The notes beneath the pieces are model-generated. The model did not search any database, was not told the DNA's origin, and saw only the letters and a list, made by a program, of their open reading frames with translations. A stretch of DNA of 64,000 nt from Candidatus Saccharimonadia bacterium (GTDB lineage: Bacteria > Patescibacteriota > Saccharimonadia > Saccharimonadales > 2-12-FULL-41-12): the NCBI GenBank assembly GCA_963717365.1, contig OY970327.1, positions 799,752 through 863,751 of the forward strand. The letters run 5' to 3'. A program made the translations under genes and the position numbers. Positions 51,023-60,420 of the stretch are shown here, one piece after another (within the stretch, counting starts at the first letter, position 1; every line of letters begins with the position of its first letter).

Positions 51023-51541
51023 TTAATTTCTAAGGTTTTGCTCGTAGTCCTCGTCATAATAGTTGTAGTCGTAATCATTATCACGGGGGTTAAATTCGGC
51101 GGTATAGGTATAACAGACATTTCCCTTTGGATGCTCTTCTGGTATATCTCCGTAATCAGTAAGTTTCATGGTTTGCATACCCTTTTTACCCCTGTAAGAA
51201 AGTCGTTCGTTTTTGTATGTTACACAGAGTTTGTAGCCATTATCGGCAACCCTCGTGTACGTCACTTTACTAGTATCGATCTCGTCATAATAGCCGTCAT
51301 CGTAATAACTGTCTTTGTTATCATTTGTTGGTTTAATTCCATCCAGAGTGCGGGGGAATGTTTCGTCATTAGTATATTTATCATAAAGCAGCACAGAAAT
51401 CCGAGAAACATTCTGGCTCGTTTTATTGTCTTCCTTGTTTCGGTTGCTCATTACCTGAACAAAAGTAATAAGAATCAAGCTGAAGGCCCATAGAACGATA
51501 AAGAAAATTACTTTACGGTCTTTGAAGTTAACTCTTTTCAT
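51023..51541 (-). CDS. Hypothetical membrane-anchored Tyr/Asp/Asn-rich protein
   Basis: 172 aa. TM helix (VIFFIVLWAFSLILITFVQV). Ectodomain rich in Y/D/N (YYDDGYYDEID..., NDYDYNYYDEDYEQN). Confidence 0.5.
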   Translation of the reverse strand: MKRVNFKDRKVIFFIVLWAFSLILITFVQVMSNRNKEDNKTSQNVSRISVLLYDKYTNDETFPRTLDGIKPTNDNKDSYYDDGYYDEIDTSKVTYTRVADNGYKLCVTYKNERLSYRGKKGMQTMKLTDYGDIPEEHPKGNVCYTYTAEFNPRDNDYDYNYYDEDYEQNLRN

Positions 51542-51543
51542 GA

Positions 51544-52266
51544 CTATTTTAGCCTCGCTTCTTTACGAATTTGTCTCTGGAAGTAAAGGATAACACCACT
51601 GGCAAGAGCTAACGTAATTAAAATATGACCAACTTCTATAGCAGGACTATTAGTGGGGTCATTATACGAATCATATGAAGAATCGCCGCCACCACTCATG
51701 AGATTATATATACCCCAGCCGATGTGACAGATTGCGGTCAGAAAGGCAATCACTAGAGCTGCCTGGATGCCAAAACGGCGCAATTTATTACGCTTCAAAA
51801 GAAAGTTGCGCTCTTCTTCGCGGCGAGTTCTAAAGAATAAAAATGTAAAGACAGGCAAACTTACCAGCAGACCGGCGGTAGCAACTGGGCTAATACCTGA
51901 CGAAGCAGCTGCGTCCACCGTACCCGGATTGACGGTTGATTCAAGCAGCGTATGGAGGAGCCCTGAGAATGAGCCGACCGCTATCCAGAGCGACAACATC
52001 ATAATAAGGTGTTCCACACCAAAGCTTCCGTCGTTAATATCGTCGTTATCGTTTGCTGTTATAGCAGCGCTATGGGTTGATGTTGTATTCTGCTGCTGAA
52101 GGAGTGGCGCTGGAGGAGGTGGCACATCATCATCCAGGTTAGCTTTAATACTGTTACTAATCATTTCTTCTGGCCAGCCAGCGGCAATTAAGTTAGTGCT
52201 AATCTGTTCGTCGCTGACGCCATCTGCGCGTTTTCTTTGGATATAATCTTTGAGTTCTTGGTTCAT
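51544..52266 (-). CDS. Hypothetical polytopic membrane protein
   Basis: Start set at ATG 52266 (MNQELKDYIQRKRADGVSDEQIS...); the track ORF extends to 52314. Soluble N-terminal helical domain, then four TM helices. Confidence 0.5.
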   Translation of the reverse strand: MNQELKDYIQRKRADGVSDEQISTNLIAAGWPEEMISNSIKANLDDDVPPPPAPLLQQQNTTSTHSAAITANDNDDINDGSFGVEHLIMMLSLWIAVGSFSGLLHTLLESTVNPGTVDAAASSGISPVATAGLLVSLPVFTFLFFRTRREEERNFLLKRNKLRRFGIQAALVIAFLTAICHIGWGIYNLMSGGGDSSYDSYNDPTNSPAIEVGHILITLALASGVILYFQRQIRKEARLK

Positions 52267-52383
52267 GACCGTCTCTCTGTTTTTTATTTTATAAATTTGA
52301 CCAAATTGTAGCAAATTTTACATGTTTTGTCAATCCTAAGTAGCAATACCCTTTTCGTGTCTTGGGCATATTCGATTTCTATT

Positions 52384-52641
52384 TTATTGGGTCGAGACTG
52401 TGTTGCTAGGCTGTGCTTCGAGGGTACGGACGCGACCGTAACGGTTGCCTGAATAGAGAGCTGCAACAACAGCAAGCGCACCAAATGCTCCAACTAGGAC
52501 TGCATTTATGGTTCGTGGCAAGGCTGCTTCGTGGGGCATTAACGTTGAAAGTGCGCTCATTCCTGCGGTAGCAGTCAGTGTGAGTGCAGCATTTCTTGCT
52601 CCTCTGGCATCGTCTCGTATCTCGGAAATTGATTCATTCAT
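52384..52641 (-). CDS. Small hypothetical two-TM membrane protein
   Basis: 85 aa. Two hydrophobic helices. No family recognised. Confidence 0.4.
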   Translation of the reverse strand: MNESISEIRDDARGARNAALTLTATAGMSALSTLMPHEAALPRTINAVLVGAFGALAVVAALYSGNRYGRVRTLEAQPSNTVSTQ

Positions 52642-52691
52642 GTGTTTATAATGACAAATTATTGCTATTTTGTCAACTCTATATTAGTAAC

Positions 52692-54344
52692 TTAGCCGAT
52701 TTTTACTTCGGTGCCCTGGAGTTTTCCCGCAAAGTAAGAATCGTGAGAAACGTAAATTATGGCGCCGTGATACTGCTGCAAGGCGTTCTCGAGCTCTTCA
52801 ATACTGGGTAGATCAAGGTGGTTGGTCGGTTCATCCAAAATTAAAACTTGTGGATCGTTGGCCAACATACTAATGAGCTGGTAACGGGCTTTCTGGCCGC
52901 CGCTCAGTTGTTCAAGTGTTAGGTTGGCATCACCCATGGGGTTAAATAGATAGTCGCTGAGCAGCTGACGAATACGCTGGTCGCTTGCTTGAACGTCTTT
53001 GGCTAACAATACTTTTTCAACGGCATTGTATAGGGTTAACTCTAGCAAATCTGAATCAATCTCTTGCTGGTAGACACCAATTTTAAGTTCTTTTTCGGTA
53101 GCAATACTGCCGACGTATTTAGTTGCCTGTGCCTGGGCGCCGCTGGCATGAGCCAAAATAGCCTGTATTAATGTCGTCTTACCTGCCCCATTTCGTCCGT
53201 GCAAACGCAAGCGCTCACCTTCACGCAGCTGGAATGAAATATCTTTGAATAGTGGTGCATCATAACCCAGACTTAGTTCATGCGTTTCAATCAGCAGCCG
53301 GCTGCTATCGGACTCTTTAGTTTTCATCCGCACGCGGATATTACGCGCTTTGTGGGTATCATACGAGCTAGTTAATTTATCGTTGAGACCTTGTAATGAC
53401 TCTTGGTCAATCCAGAAGGACGGTTTTTCTAGTTGCTGCAATTTACTAAGTTCGGCGCGCGCGCGTTGTTCTTGACCCTTAAAGCGCTTAATAGTGTCTG
53501 GGTCACGCGAACGTTCTTTTAGGCGCTGGAAGCGGATAACGTCTGATTTAAGGTTGGTTATACGACTTTGGGTGACCTCGTATTCATTAACTTCGGAGAC
53601 AATTTTAGTAGTGTTAGTACGCAAATAGTTATCATAGTTGCCATTAAAACTAATGGCTCGGCCGTCACGTAATTCTATGATTCGATCAACTTCTCGTAAG
53701 ACATCGCGGTCATGGGTGATCACTAAAACGGACGCTTGTTCGCGCTTGAACCATTCGACGAACGAGTCTTTGGCGACGTAGTCCATATGGTTAGTTGGCT
53801 CATCAATCAGCACCAGTTCGGCGTTAGCGTGCTGAACTTTAACCAGCTCGACAAACCGTTTCTGACCTCCGGAGAGCTGGCCTATTGTGCTGCTAATTTG
53901 GGCTTTGCTGAGCTGGTATTTTTCAAGTGTTTGAACAATTTCACTCTCCACTTGGTAGTAGCCGAGCGACGAAAATTGTTCAAGCGCGTCGCCATACTGA
54001 TTCATTTTATGCGTGCTCACTCCCATGGTTTCAGGATATGTATCCAGTATGTGTTTCAGCACGGCATACTGCGGCAAGCCTTCCAGGATATATTCCAGCA
54101 CCGGCGTATTTTCCAAGCCTTGGTGTTCTTGGCGCGAGGAAATAACTATGAGATTTTTCCGGAACTTAATCTGGCCGCTGTAGTCTTTATCGGCGCCCGT
54201 TAACATGTGGAACAGCGTGCTTTTGCCCGTGCCGTTCCGCCCAATCAACCCCACCTTCTCTTTCGGCTGCAGCTGCAGCGTTAGATCTTTATACAGGATT
54301 TTAGGCCCAAATGATTTTTCGTGGATAGTAATATTAGCGATCAT
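52692..54344 (-). CDS. ABC-F family ATPase (two nucleotide-binding domains, no TM domain)
   Basis: Start set at ATG 54344 (MIANITIHEKSFG...); the 64 upstream codons in the track ORF look non-coding. NBD1 has GRNGTGKST/LSGGQKRFV/LIDEPTNH. NBD2 has GRNGAGKTT/LSGGQKARY/ILDEPTNH. A charged linker lies between them. Confidence 0.85.
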   Translation of the reverse strand: MIANITIHEKSFGPKILYKDLTLQLQPKEKVGLIGRNGTGKSTLFHMLTGADKDYSGQIKFRKNLIVISSRQEHQGLENTPVLEYILEGLPQYAVLKHILDTYPETMGVSTHKMNQYGDALEQFSSLGYYQVESEIVQTLEKYQLSKAQISSTIGQLSGGQKRFVELVKVQHANAELVLIDEPTNHMDYVAKDSFVEWFKREQASVLVITHDRDVLREVDRIIELRDGRAISFNGNYDNYLRTNTTKIVSEVNEYEVTQSRITNLKSDVIRFQRLKERSRDPDTIKRFKGQEQRARAELSKLQQLEKPSFWIDQESLQGLNDKLTSSYDTHKARNIRVRMKTKESDSSRLLIETHELSLGYDAPLFKDISFQLREGERLRLHGRNGAGKTTLIQAILAHASGAQAQATKYVGSIATEKELKIGVYQQEIDSDLLELTLYNAVEKVLLAKDVQASDQRIRQLLSDYLFNPMGDANLTLEQLSGGQKARYQLISMLANDPQVLILDEPTNHLDLPSIEELENALQQYHGAIIYVSHDSYFAGKLQGTEVKIG

Positions 54345-54449
54345 AGTGCAGTGTCTAGTGTAACAGCAGGAAGTAGAACTGGGCCGGCGAGTATTGTGAA
54401 ATGCTCTTGAGGTTTTTATTATCATCGAGTTATTGGTATATTTTAAGGA

Positions 54450-55766
54450 GTGATCAAAGAGGAAACAGACTTTGCCGGAATGAATTCGGCTGGCAAACAT
54501 GCGTATGGCCAGGCGATTTTTGTGGTTGGCTTGCAATACGGTGATGAAGGCAAAGGCAAAATTGTTGATATGCTAACTGCCGATGTTTCGGCAGTTGTCA
54601 GAGGTAACGGTGGGTCAAATGCCGGGCATACCATTGTGCTAGAAAATGGTCGTCCTATCGCGCTTCACCAGCTACCATCTGGTATTGTCTCCTTTGGTAA
54701 ACTCAATGTTATTGGGCATGGAGTTTTTACTGATCCAGTACGACTAGTTAACGAAATGAAACAGGTTCGCGCTGAAGGCATTACAATAAGCCCTGACAAC
54801 CTGGCTATAAGCGACATGTCACATATGGTCTTCCCCAAACACAAACTGGCTGATGCAGCCCGCGAAAACGGCCTTAAGCCCCAGGGTAGCACTAAAGCTG
54901 GCATAGCTTTTGCAGCCAGCGATAAAAGTTTACGTGAAGGTATTCGGGTGGAAGTAATCCGTAATAAAACTGAGACTGAGTTGGCTGAGTTGGCTCGCGC
55001 AGGACTGGAACAACTTAACTTAGATGATGGCACCGTGGATATTGAACAATCGGCAAAGGAATTTGCCCAGTCAGCGATCCAACTTAAGCCGTACATACAA
55101 GATACGCCAACGGTTTTGAACAATTTGCTGGACGGTGGCCAGGATATTTTAGTTGAGGGCGCCCAGGCCTATGGTCTAGATATTAATCACGGGAAATATC
55201 CTTATACTACCTCAAGCGGTACCACTGTTGCAGCGTTGATTGAGGGTATCGGCATTAATCCCAAGCGAGCTGGGCGCGTGGTTGGAGTAGTTAAAGCAAC
55301 TCCATCAAAAGTCGGGGGCGGTTGCTTTGTAGCAAAAATTGAAGATGAATTAATTGCCACTAACACCAGGGGCAATAAGGGCGAAGTAGATGGTGAATAC
55401 GGTGCCACAACTGGCCGACAGCGCGAAGTTGGCTATCTTGATCTTGTGATGCTCAAACGAGCCATTCAAATAAATGGGGTGGACGAAATTGCTCTGACAA
55501 AATTTGACTGTTTGAAGCGTCATGGCTTGATTACCAAAATAGCCGTTGCCTATAACTGTAACGGTGTCGAACTACTTGTCCCGCCAAATAGCGACCAAGA
55601 ACTAGCCACCTGCACACCAGTGTATAAAGACTTCCCCACTTGGCATGATCATACATCCACAGAAGCGCAAAACTATATTACATTTATTGAAGATTACCTG
55701 GGAACACCTATAAGTATAGTCAGCACCGGACCAGGGCGGAAACAAGTGATAGTTCGCCAGAAGTAA
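54450..55766 (+). CDS. purA: Adenylosuccinate synthetase
   Basis: GLQYGDEGKGKIVD P-loop, GGSNAGHT, GTTGRQR-type motif (ATTGRQREVGYLDL). Start uncertain: GTG 54450 or ATG 54480. Confidence 0.95.
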   Translation: MIKEETDFAGMNSAGKHAYGQAIFVVGLQYGDEGKGKIVDMLTADVSAVVRGNGGSNAGHTIVLENGRPIALHQLPSGIVSFGKLNVIGHGVFTDPVRLVNEMKQVRAEGITISPDNLAISDMSHMVFPKHKLADAARENGLKPQGSTKAGIAFAASDKSLREGIRVEVIRNKTETELAELARAGLEQLNLDDGTVDIEQSAKEFAQSAIQLKPYIQDTPTVLNNLLDGGQDILVEGAQAYGLDINHGKYPYTTSSGTTVAALIEGIGINPKRAGRVVGVVKATPSKVGGGCFVAKIEDELIATNTRGNKGEVDGEYGATTGRQREVGYLDLVMLKRAIQINGVDEIALTKFDCLKRHGLITKIAVAYNCNGVELLVPPNSDQELATCTPVYKDFPTWHDHTSTEAQNYITFIEDYLGTPISIVSTGPGRKQVIVRQK

Positions 55767-55786
55767 CTTCATGCTATGATTTTTAA

Positions 55787-56473
55787 GTGTCCGCTATAAA
55801 GTATCTTTCACCCCTAACTGAGACTCCTATTAAAGGCAGCGTGAGTAGTAGCTATTTTTATCGTATGCTATCTCCTCAGGCATTGAAGCTTTCTGCATCA
55901 TATACAGCAGAAGAGCATAATACTCTCAATAACTGTTTTCGTATTCATCCAGAAACAAAAAAAATGAATTTTGTTGCTGTTGGCGGAGGCGAACTTTGGG
56001 GCCTAAGGCAAGCACGAATGCACACCAAACACTATACGTGCATAGAACCTCTAGCGGATATTTATATGAACGATTCCGTCAGGTATTTAGTAGAACAGCT
56101 CGATGACATATCCTTTATCCCAAAGCGTTTTAAAGACGTCACACCAGCTGATTTGCCTCCAGGTAATTCGTTGTTTATGTTTTTGTTTAATATACTAGCC
56201 TATCTTGAAGAACCAATTGAATCAATAAACGCAGTTATTAAACCGGGCGACATTCTATTCATAACTACTTGGGCTAACACCGAGCAAGCAAAGCAAGTCC
56301 GTACTAGCTATTTTGACTACTTAAATTCATTTGAAGAACATATTGGCATAGATCCAAGTGAGAGTATTGGATTGTGTCATTTTGATAGCTTCCCCTTTGA
56401 TCAACTACACCATTTCAAAAGATCTGAGCGCATTAAAGAAATTATTACTGATACATTGATTATCTATACTTAG
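55787..56473 (+). CDS. Class-I SAM-methyltransferase-like (Rossmann-fold) protein, function unknown
   Basis: 228 aa (GTG start; alternative ATG at 55865). MNFVAVGGGE (motif I-like), CIEP (motif II-like), LFMFLFNILAYLEEP, IKPGDILFITT (post-III-like). Assignment is tentative. Confidence 0.4.
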   Translation: MSAIKYLSPLTETPIKGSVSSSYFYRMLSPQALKLSASYTAEEHNTLNNCFRIHPETKKMNFVAVGGGELWGLRQARMHTKHYTCIEPLADIYMNDSVRYLVEQLDDISFIPKRFKDVTPADLPPGNSLFMFLFNILAYLEEPIESINAVIKPGDILFITTWANTEQAKQVRTSYFDYLNSFEEHIGIDPSESIGLCHFDSFPFDQLHHFKRSERIKEIITDTLIIYT

Positions 56474-56482
56474 GAGAATTCT

Positions 56483-58081
56483 ATGCGCTATTTATTACAT
56501 GATGTTTTTACTGACACGATCCGCAGACAAGCCAGTAATATAGCCGTACTTGAAGAAGGAGGTGCAACAACTTCTTATGAAGAACTCAATAAACGAAGTA
56601 ATCAGTTTGCGGCTTACATTAAGACACGTAAGCCTGATATTCGCATCAAGCCGTATATTGGCATATTATCCCCTGTTCATGCTCAAAGTATTGCTGCTTG
56701 TCTAGCGATACTTAAGCTTGGTGGCGCCTATATCCCGCTTGATGAGCATTCACCAGATGAGCTTCTGGCAACCATTATTAAAAATACTGAACTAGAAATG
56801 ATCGTGGTTGATCCGCATCAGTATGCCCTACATTCAGAACTCTGGGACCATCCTAATATCCAGTATGTGCTAGTACTCGGTGCAGACACACCTACAATAC
56901 ACTCAAAACATGACAATTTTACCGCTCTAGAAGAACTATCTACCACTGATCCGCCGACTTTAAACCAAGTTAGCGATGATCTTGCCTATATCCTCCATAG
57001 CTCCGGATCTACCGGCGTACCTAAGGGGATTATGCTCACCCATCGTAATGCCCGAACATTCGTTGACTGGATGCACAAAGAATTTAAACTTACGCCTGAT
57101 GATGTGGTTATGTCCCGTGCTCCATTTAAATTTGATCTGTCAGTCTTTGATATCTTTAATACACTCAAAGCTGGCGCTACTTTGGTTTGCTATGATTGGA
57201 GCAAAAAACGTGATGGTGACGCTAAGCACACTGACTATGTGCAGCTTATGGAAAAATATGGGGCTACTGTCTTATACACCACGCCTTCTACTTTTATAGC
57301 TCTGCTCAATAGAGGTAAATTAGGTTCGGCAGACCTCAAACTTAGAGAAGTTATGTATGCCGGAGAGCCATTCCCCACTCCTTCTCTGAGAAGACTACAA
57401 GTAGCACTACCGCATACTCGAATTGCCAATATTTATGGCCCGTCGGAGACGAATATAATTACCTATTACTGGATCGACCGTATCCCTGAAGACGATTCGC
57501 CTATACCGCTTGGTAGCGTAGTCGATGATACGGAAATTATTGTTGTAAACGAATCAGGTACTGCAATTTGTGCTGCAAACGAGCTCGGTGAACTCTGGTG
57601 TCGGGGCGGCACTGTTACGATCGGCTATCTTGGTTTGGAAGAAAAAACTAAAACTAATTTAGTACAAAGTCCGTTTCACCCTTACCCTGTTCAGTATTGG
57701 AGAACAGGCGACTATGGTTTTTATGATGAGGTAGGTGTTTTACATTACAGAGGCAGGAAAGACCATATGGTTAAAGTAAAGGGCTTTCGTATTGAACTTG
57801 GCGAAATTGAGTCTGCTCTGGCAAAAATAAGTCAGCTAGATGAGTTCGTAGTTGTTGCCGTGCCAGATGAAAAATACAGCAACCGGCTCTATTGTTTTTA
57901 TACTCTCCTTGCAGGAGAGCGATTAGAGGAACAGGAAGTTGTAGAGTTTTTAGCCAAAAAAATACCCTCGTACATGATGCCTTATAGATTTTTAAAGAGA
58001 CCAGTGCTTCCTAAAACGTCTTCCGGCAAAATTGACCGGGTACTCTTAACACAAGAAGCCGAACTGCTAAGCAAGACATGA
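56483..58081 (+). CDS. Stand-alone adenylation (ANL-superfamily, NRPS A-domain/DltA-like) enzyme
   Basis: 532 aa. A3 LHSSGSTGVPKGI; A4 FKFDLSVFD (Asp typical of alpha-amino-acid activation, as in DltA); A5 NIYGPSETN; A7 WRTGDYG; A8 GRKDHMVKVKGFRIELGEIE; A10 PKTSSGKIDR. No fused carrier domain. Confidence 0.8.
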   Translation: MRYLLHDVFTDTIRRQASNIAVLEEGGATTSYEELNKRSNQFAAYIKTRKPDIRIKPYIGILSPVHAQSIAACLAILKLGGAYIPLDEHSPDELLATIIKNTELEMIVVDPHQYALHSELWDHPNIQYVLVLGADTPTIHSKHDNFTALEELSTTDPPTLNQVSDDLAYILHSSGSTGVPKGIMLTHRNARTFVDWMHKEFKLTPDDVVMSRAPFKFDLSVFDIFNTLKAGATLVCYDWSKKRDGDAKHTDYVQLMEKYGATVLYTTPSTFIALLNRGKLGSADLKLREVMYAGEPFPTPSLRRLQVALPHTRIANIYGPSETNIITYYWIDRIPEDDSPIPLGSVVDDTEIIVVNESGTAICAANELGELWCRGGTVTIGYLGLEEKTKTNLVQSPFHPYPVQYWRTGDYGFYDEVGVLHYRGRKDHMVKVKGFRIELGEIESALAKISQLDEFVVVAVPDEKYSNRLYCFYTLLAGERLEEQEVVEFLAKKIPSYMMPYRFLKRPVLPKTSSGKIDRVLLTQEAELLSKT

Positions 58082-59142
58082 GGAAGAACACATACCATGT
58101 AGCGTATGCAGGACTTGATTGCGATACATGGTTTTTACTTGTTAATGAGCCGGCGTTTACACCTAGGTTAGTGGCGATGGTCCCTGATTTACTTGAAAAG
58201 TCTACCTTTAACCCTTTTAACTTGTTGTTAAAACACGGTTATCGTTTTTACATACAAGGAAGCGGCGGCGGCACACTTGCAACGATTACTATGCTCCGGC
58301 TGATTTTTCCATTTCTTACTTCGGCTTGGCGAAAATACTGTCCCTTTATTATTTCAATTATGAAAAATCGTGTGGTGGTGGTTGATTTTAACAACACAAA
58401 GCAGATAGTTTCTCTGATGCAGAAACATAACGTTGATCTCCTAGTGATAAATATTTGGGGGTTACTACCTGCTCAACTTATTGATACACCCGCTCATGGG
58501 ACAATTAATGTTCATCCTTCTAAATTGCCGCAATACAGGGGTTCGGTTCCAACACTTATGACGCTTAAGAACCAAGATAGCGAATCAGCAGTTTCATACA
58601 TCATGCTTGATTCCAGTGTTGACGGTGGCAAACTAATTGGTCAGCATATTTTTCCAGTCTCTTCTACTGATACGTATTACACTATTGAACAAAAAATAAC
58701 ACAAACTGTAGCGGAAACATTAGTCAAAGATTTACTAGCTTACTTATCGGGTAAAACTAATCCTCAGAAGCAAAGCAGTATAGGTCACTCAATAACACCA
58801 AAGTACTCTTCTTACATGAAAATAGATTGGGAGACTGAGTGGGCGCTTGATATATATAATAAAGTTAATGCCTATCCTTACATTGAAGCTTTTGATTACT
58901 GTTTTACATTTTTACCTGGGAATCAAAAACTATTCTTTAAAGGAGTAGCTATTGCACGAAAACACAAGCGATCCCATGCACCACCCGGCTCATTTACAGT
59001 ACATGGAATTATTATGTATATCTGCAGCATAGAAGGTGAAGTAAGTTGTATACTTTTTAAAGATATAGGCTATAAAGACAGTATACGAATACTTACGTTA
59101 AGAAAAGGCCAGCTACTAACAAACGGAGACAACCCAGAATGA
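58078..59142 (+). CDS. Formyltransferase-family protein (Fmt/ArnA-N-like) with atypical N-terminal ~95 aa
   Basis: 354 aa. Core DLLVINIWGLLPAQLIDTPAHGTINVHPSKLPQYRGSVP (N..H..SLLPxxRG pattern) and ...SVDGGKLIGQ (Asp). ATGA overlap with the upstream gene. Confidence 0.65.
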   Translation: MRKNTYHVAYAGLDCDTWFLLVNEPAFTPRLVAMVPDLLEKSTFNPFNLLLKHGYRFYIQGSGGGTLATITMLRLIFPFLTSAWRKYCPFIISIMKNRVVVVDFNNTKQIVSLMQKHNVDLLVINIWGLLPAQLIDTPAHGTINVHPSKLPQYRGSVPTLMTLKNQDSESAVSYIMLDSSVDGGKLIGQHIFPVSSTDTYYTIEQKITQTVAETLVKDLLAYLSGKTNPQKQSSIGHSITPKYSSYMKIDWETEWALDIYNKVNAYPYIEAFDYCFTFLPGNQKLFFKGVAIARKHKRSHAPPGSFTVHGIIMYICSIEGEVSCILFKDIGYKDSIRILTLRKGQLLTNGDNPE

Positions 59143-60410
59143 ATACCGAAGACAATATGATCAAAGCAAATTTAGGTGAAAATCGACGCTCAGAAATGCG
59201 AGATTTATTTAACAAAACACCAATGTATAACATGACAGCGCTCGAAATACAGGGCAGGAAAATTCGAGTAGCCGAAGACCATTGGGTGACTGACTTTGCT
59301 TCGTGTAATTATTTGGGGCTTGACCTTGATCCGGAAGTTGAAGAGACAGTTCATCCAAACATCAAAAAGTGGGGCGTGCATCCAAGCTGGTGTCGGCTGG
59401 TAGCAAGTCCTCAGATATACAACGAGGTTGAACAGAAATTGGCCAAGCTTATTGGTACTGAGACTACACTCATTCTACCAACCGTAACCCTAATATCAAT
59501 TGGTGTTATTCCTGCATTAGTGGGCAAAACAGGCGCTATATTTCTAGATAAATCATCCCATGAAACAATGTATGAAGCGGCTAAAATTGCTCGAGATAGC
59601 GGCGCCACGCTTGCCAGTTATCGGCAGGACGATCTAGATACACTTGAAAAATTATTGAAAGAGCAGGAAAAAAATCCACGCAAACTTATAGTTGTTGATG
59701 GTGTTTACAGTATGACTGGTGATTATATCCAACTCTTAAAATTAGTTGCTCTAGCCAAAAAGTATAATGCAATTCTATACATTGACGATGCTCACGGTTT
59801 TGGTGTTGTTGGTGAAAATCCAACTGAGGAAATGCCATTAGGGCATAAAGGCAACGGTATCGTCCGACACTTTAACTGCGACTACGAGAACATCATCTAT
59901 GTTGGCGGCTGCTCAAAGGCTTATTCTTCATTGGCAGCTTTTGTTGGCTGTTCTCAAAAAATGAAGACTTTTTTGCAAGCCTTTGCCACCCCCTATGATC
60001 TGTCCGGGCCTTGCCCTACTGCTTCATTGGCCACTCTCCTTAAGGGTTTGGAAATTAATGAAAAGCGCGGCGATGCGTATCGCAAACAGCTATGGGATAT
60101 AGCTCACCTGTCAATTGATGGTTTACGAAAGCTTGGCTTCACCGTTATGAATAAAACTGGTTTTCCAATAGCTTCAGTTTGGATCGGCGATACTGATAGT
60201 TTGATCGCAACTGCAAATATATTGTATGAAGAAGGTATTCTTGTGACGGTTGCTCCTTTTCCAATGGTCCGCAAAGGTGATGAGTGTCACCGGCTAACGT
60301 TTACTGCCTCTAATACACGCGGGGAAGTGGAAGAGCTCTTAAAGGCTTTTAGAAAGGTCAAGGACTATTTGGTTGCAAATAACAAGCCACTTGCAAAAGA
60401 CTTGTCTTAA
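59139..60410 (+). CDS. PLP-dependent alpha-oxoamine synthase family enzyme (BioF/KBL/SPT-like)
   Basis: 423 aa. FASCNYLGL, SHETMYEAA, VVDGVYSMTGD, YIDDAHGFGVVGE, and the PLP-lysine context GGCSKAYSS. ATGA overlap with the upstream gene. Confidence 0.75.
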   Translation: MNTEDNMIKANLGENRRSEMRDLFNKTPMYNMTALEIQGRKIRVAEDHWVTDFASCNYLGLDLDPEVEETVHPNIKKWGVHPSWCRLVASPQIYNEVEQKLAKLIGTETTLILPTVTLISIGVIPALVGKTGAIFLDKSSHETMYEAAKIARDSGATLASYRQDDLDTLEKLLKEQEKNPRKLIVVDGVYSMTGDYIQLLKLVALAKKYNAILYIDDAHGFGVVGENPTEEMPLGHKGNGIVRHFNCDYENIIYVGGCSKAYSSLAAFVGCSQKMKTFLQAFATPYDLSGPCPTASLATLLKGLEINEKRGDAYRKQLWDIAHLSIDGLRKLGFTVMNKTGFPIASVWIGDTDSLIATANILYEEGILVTVAPFPMVRKGDECHRLTFTASNTRGEVEELLKAFRKVKDYLVANNKPLAKDLS

Positions 60411-60420
60411 GTCAGGTCTG

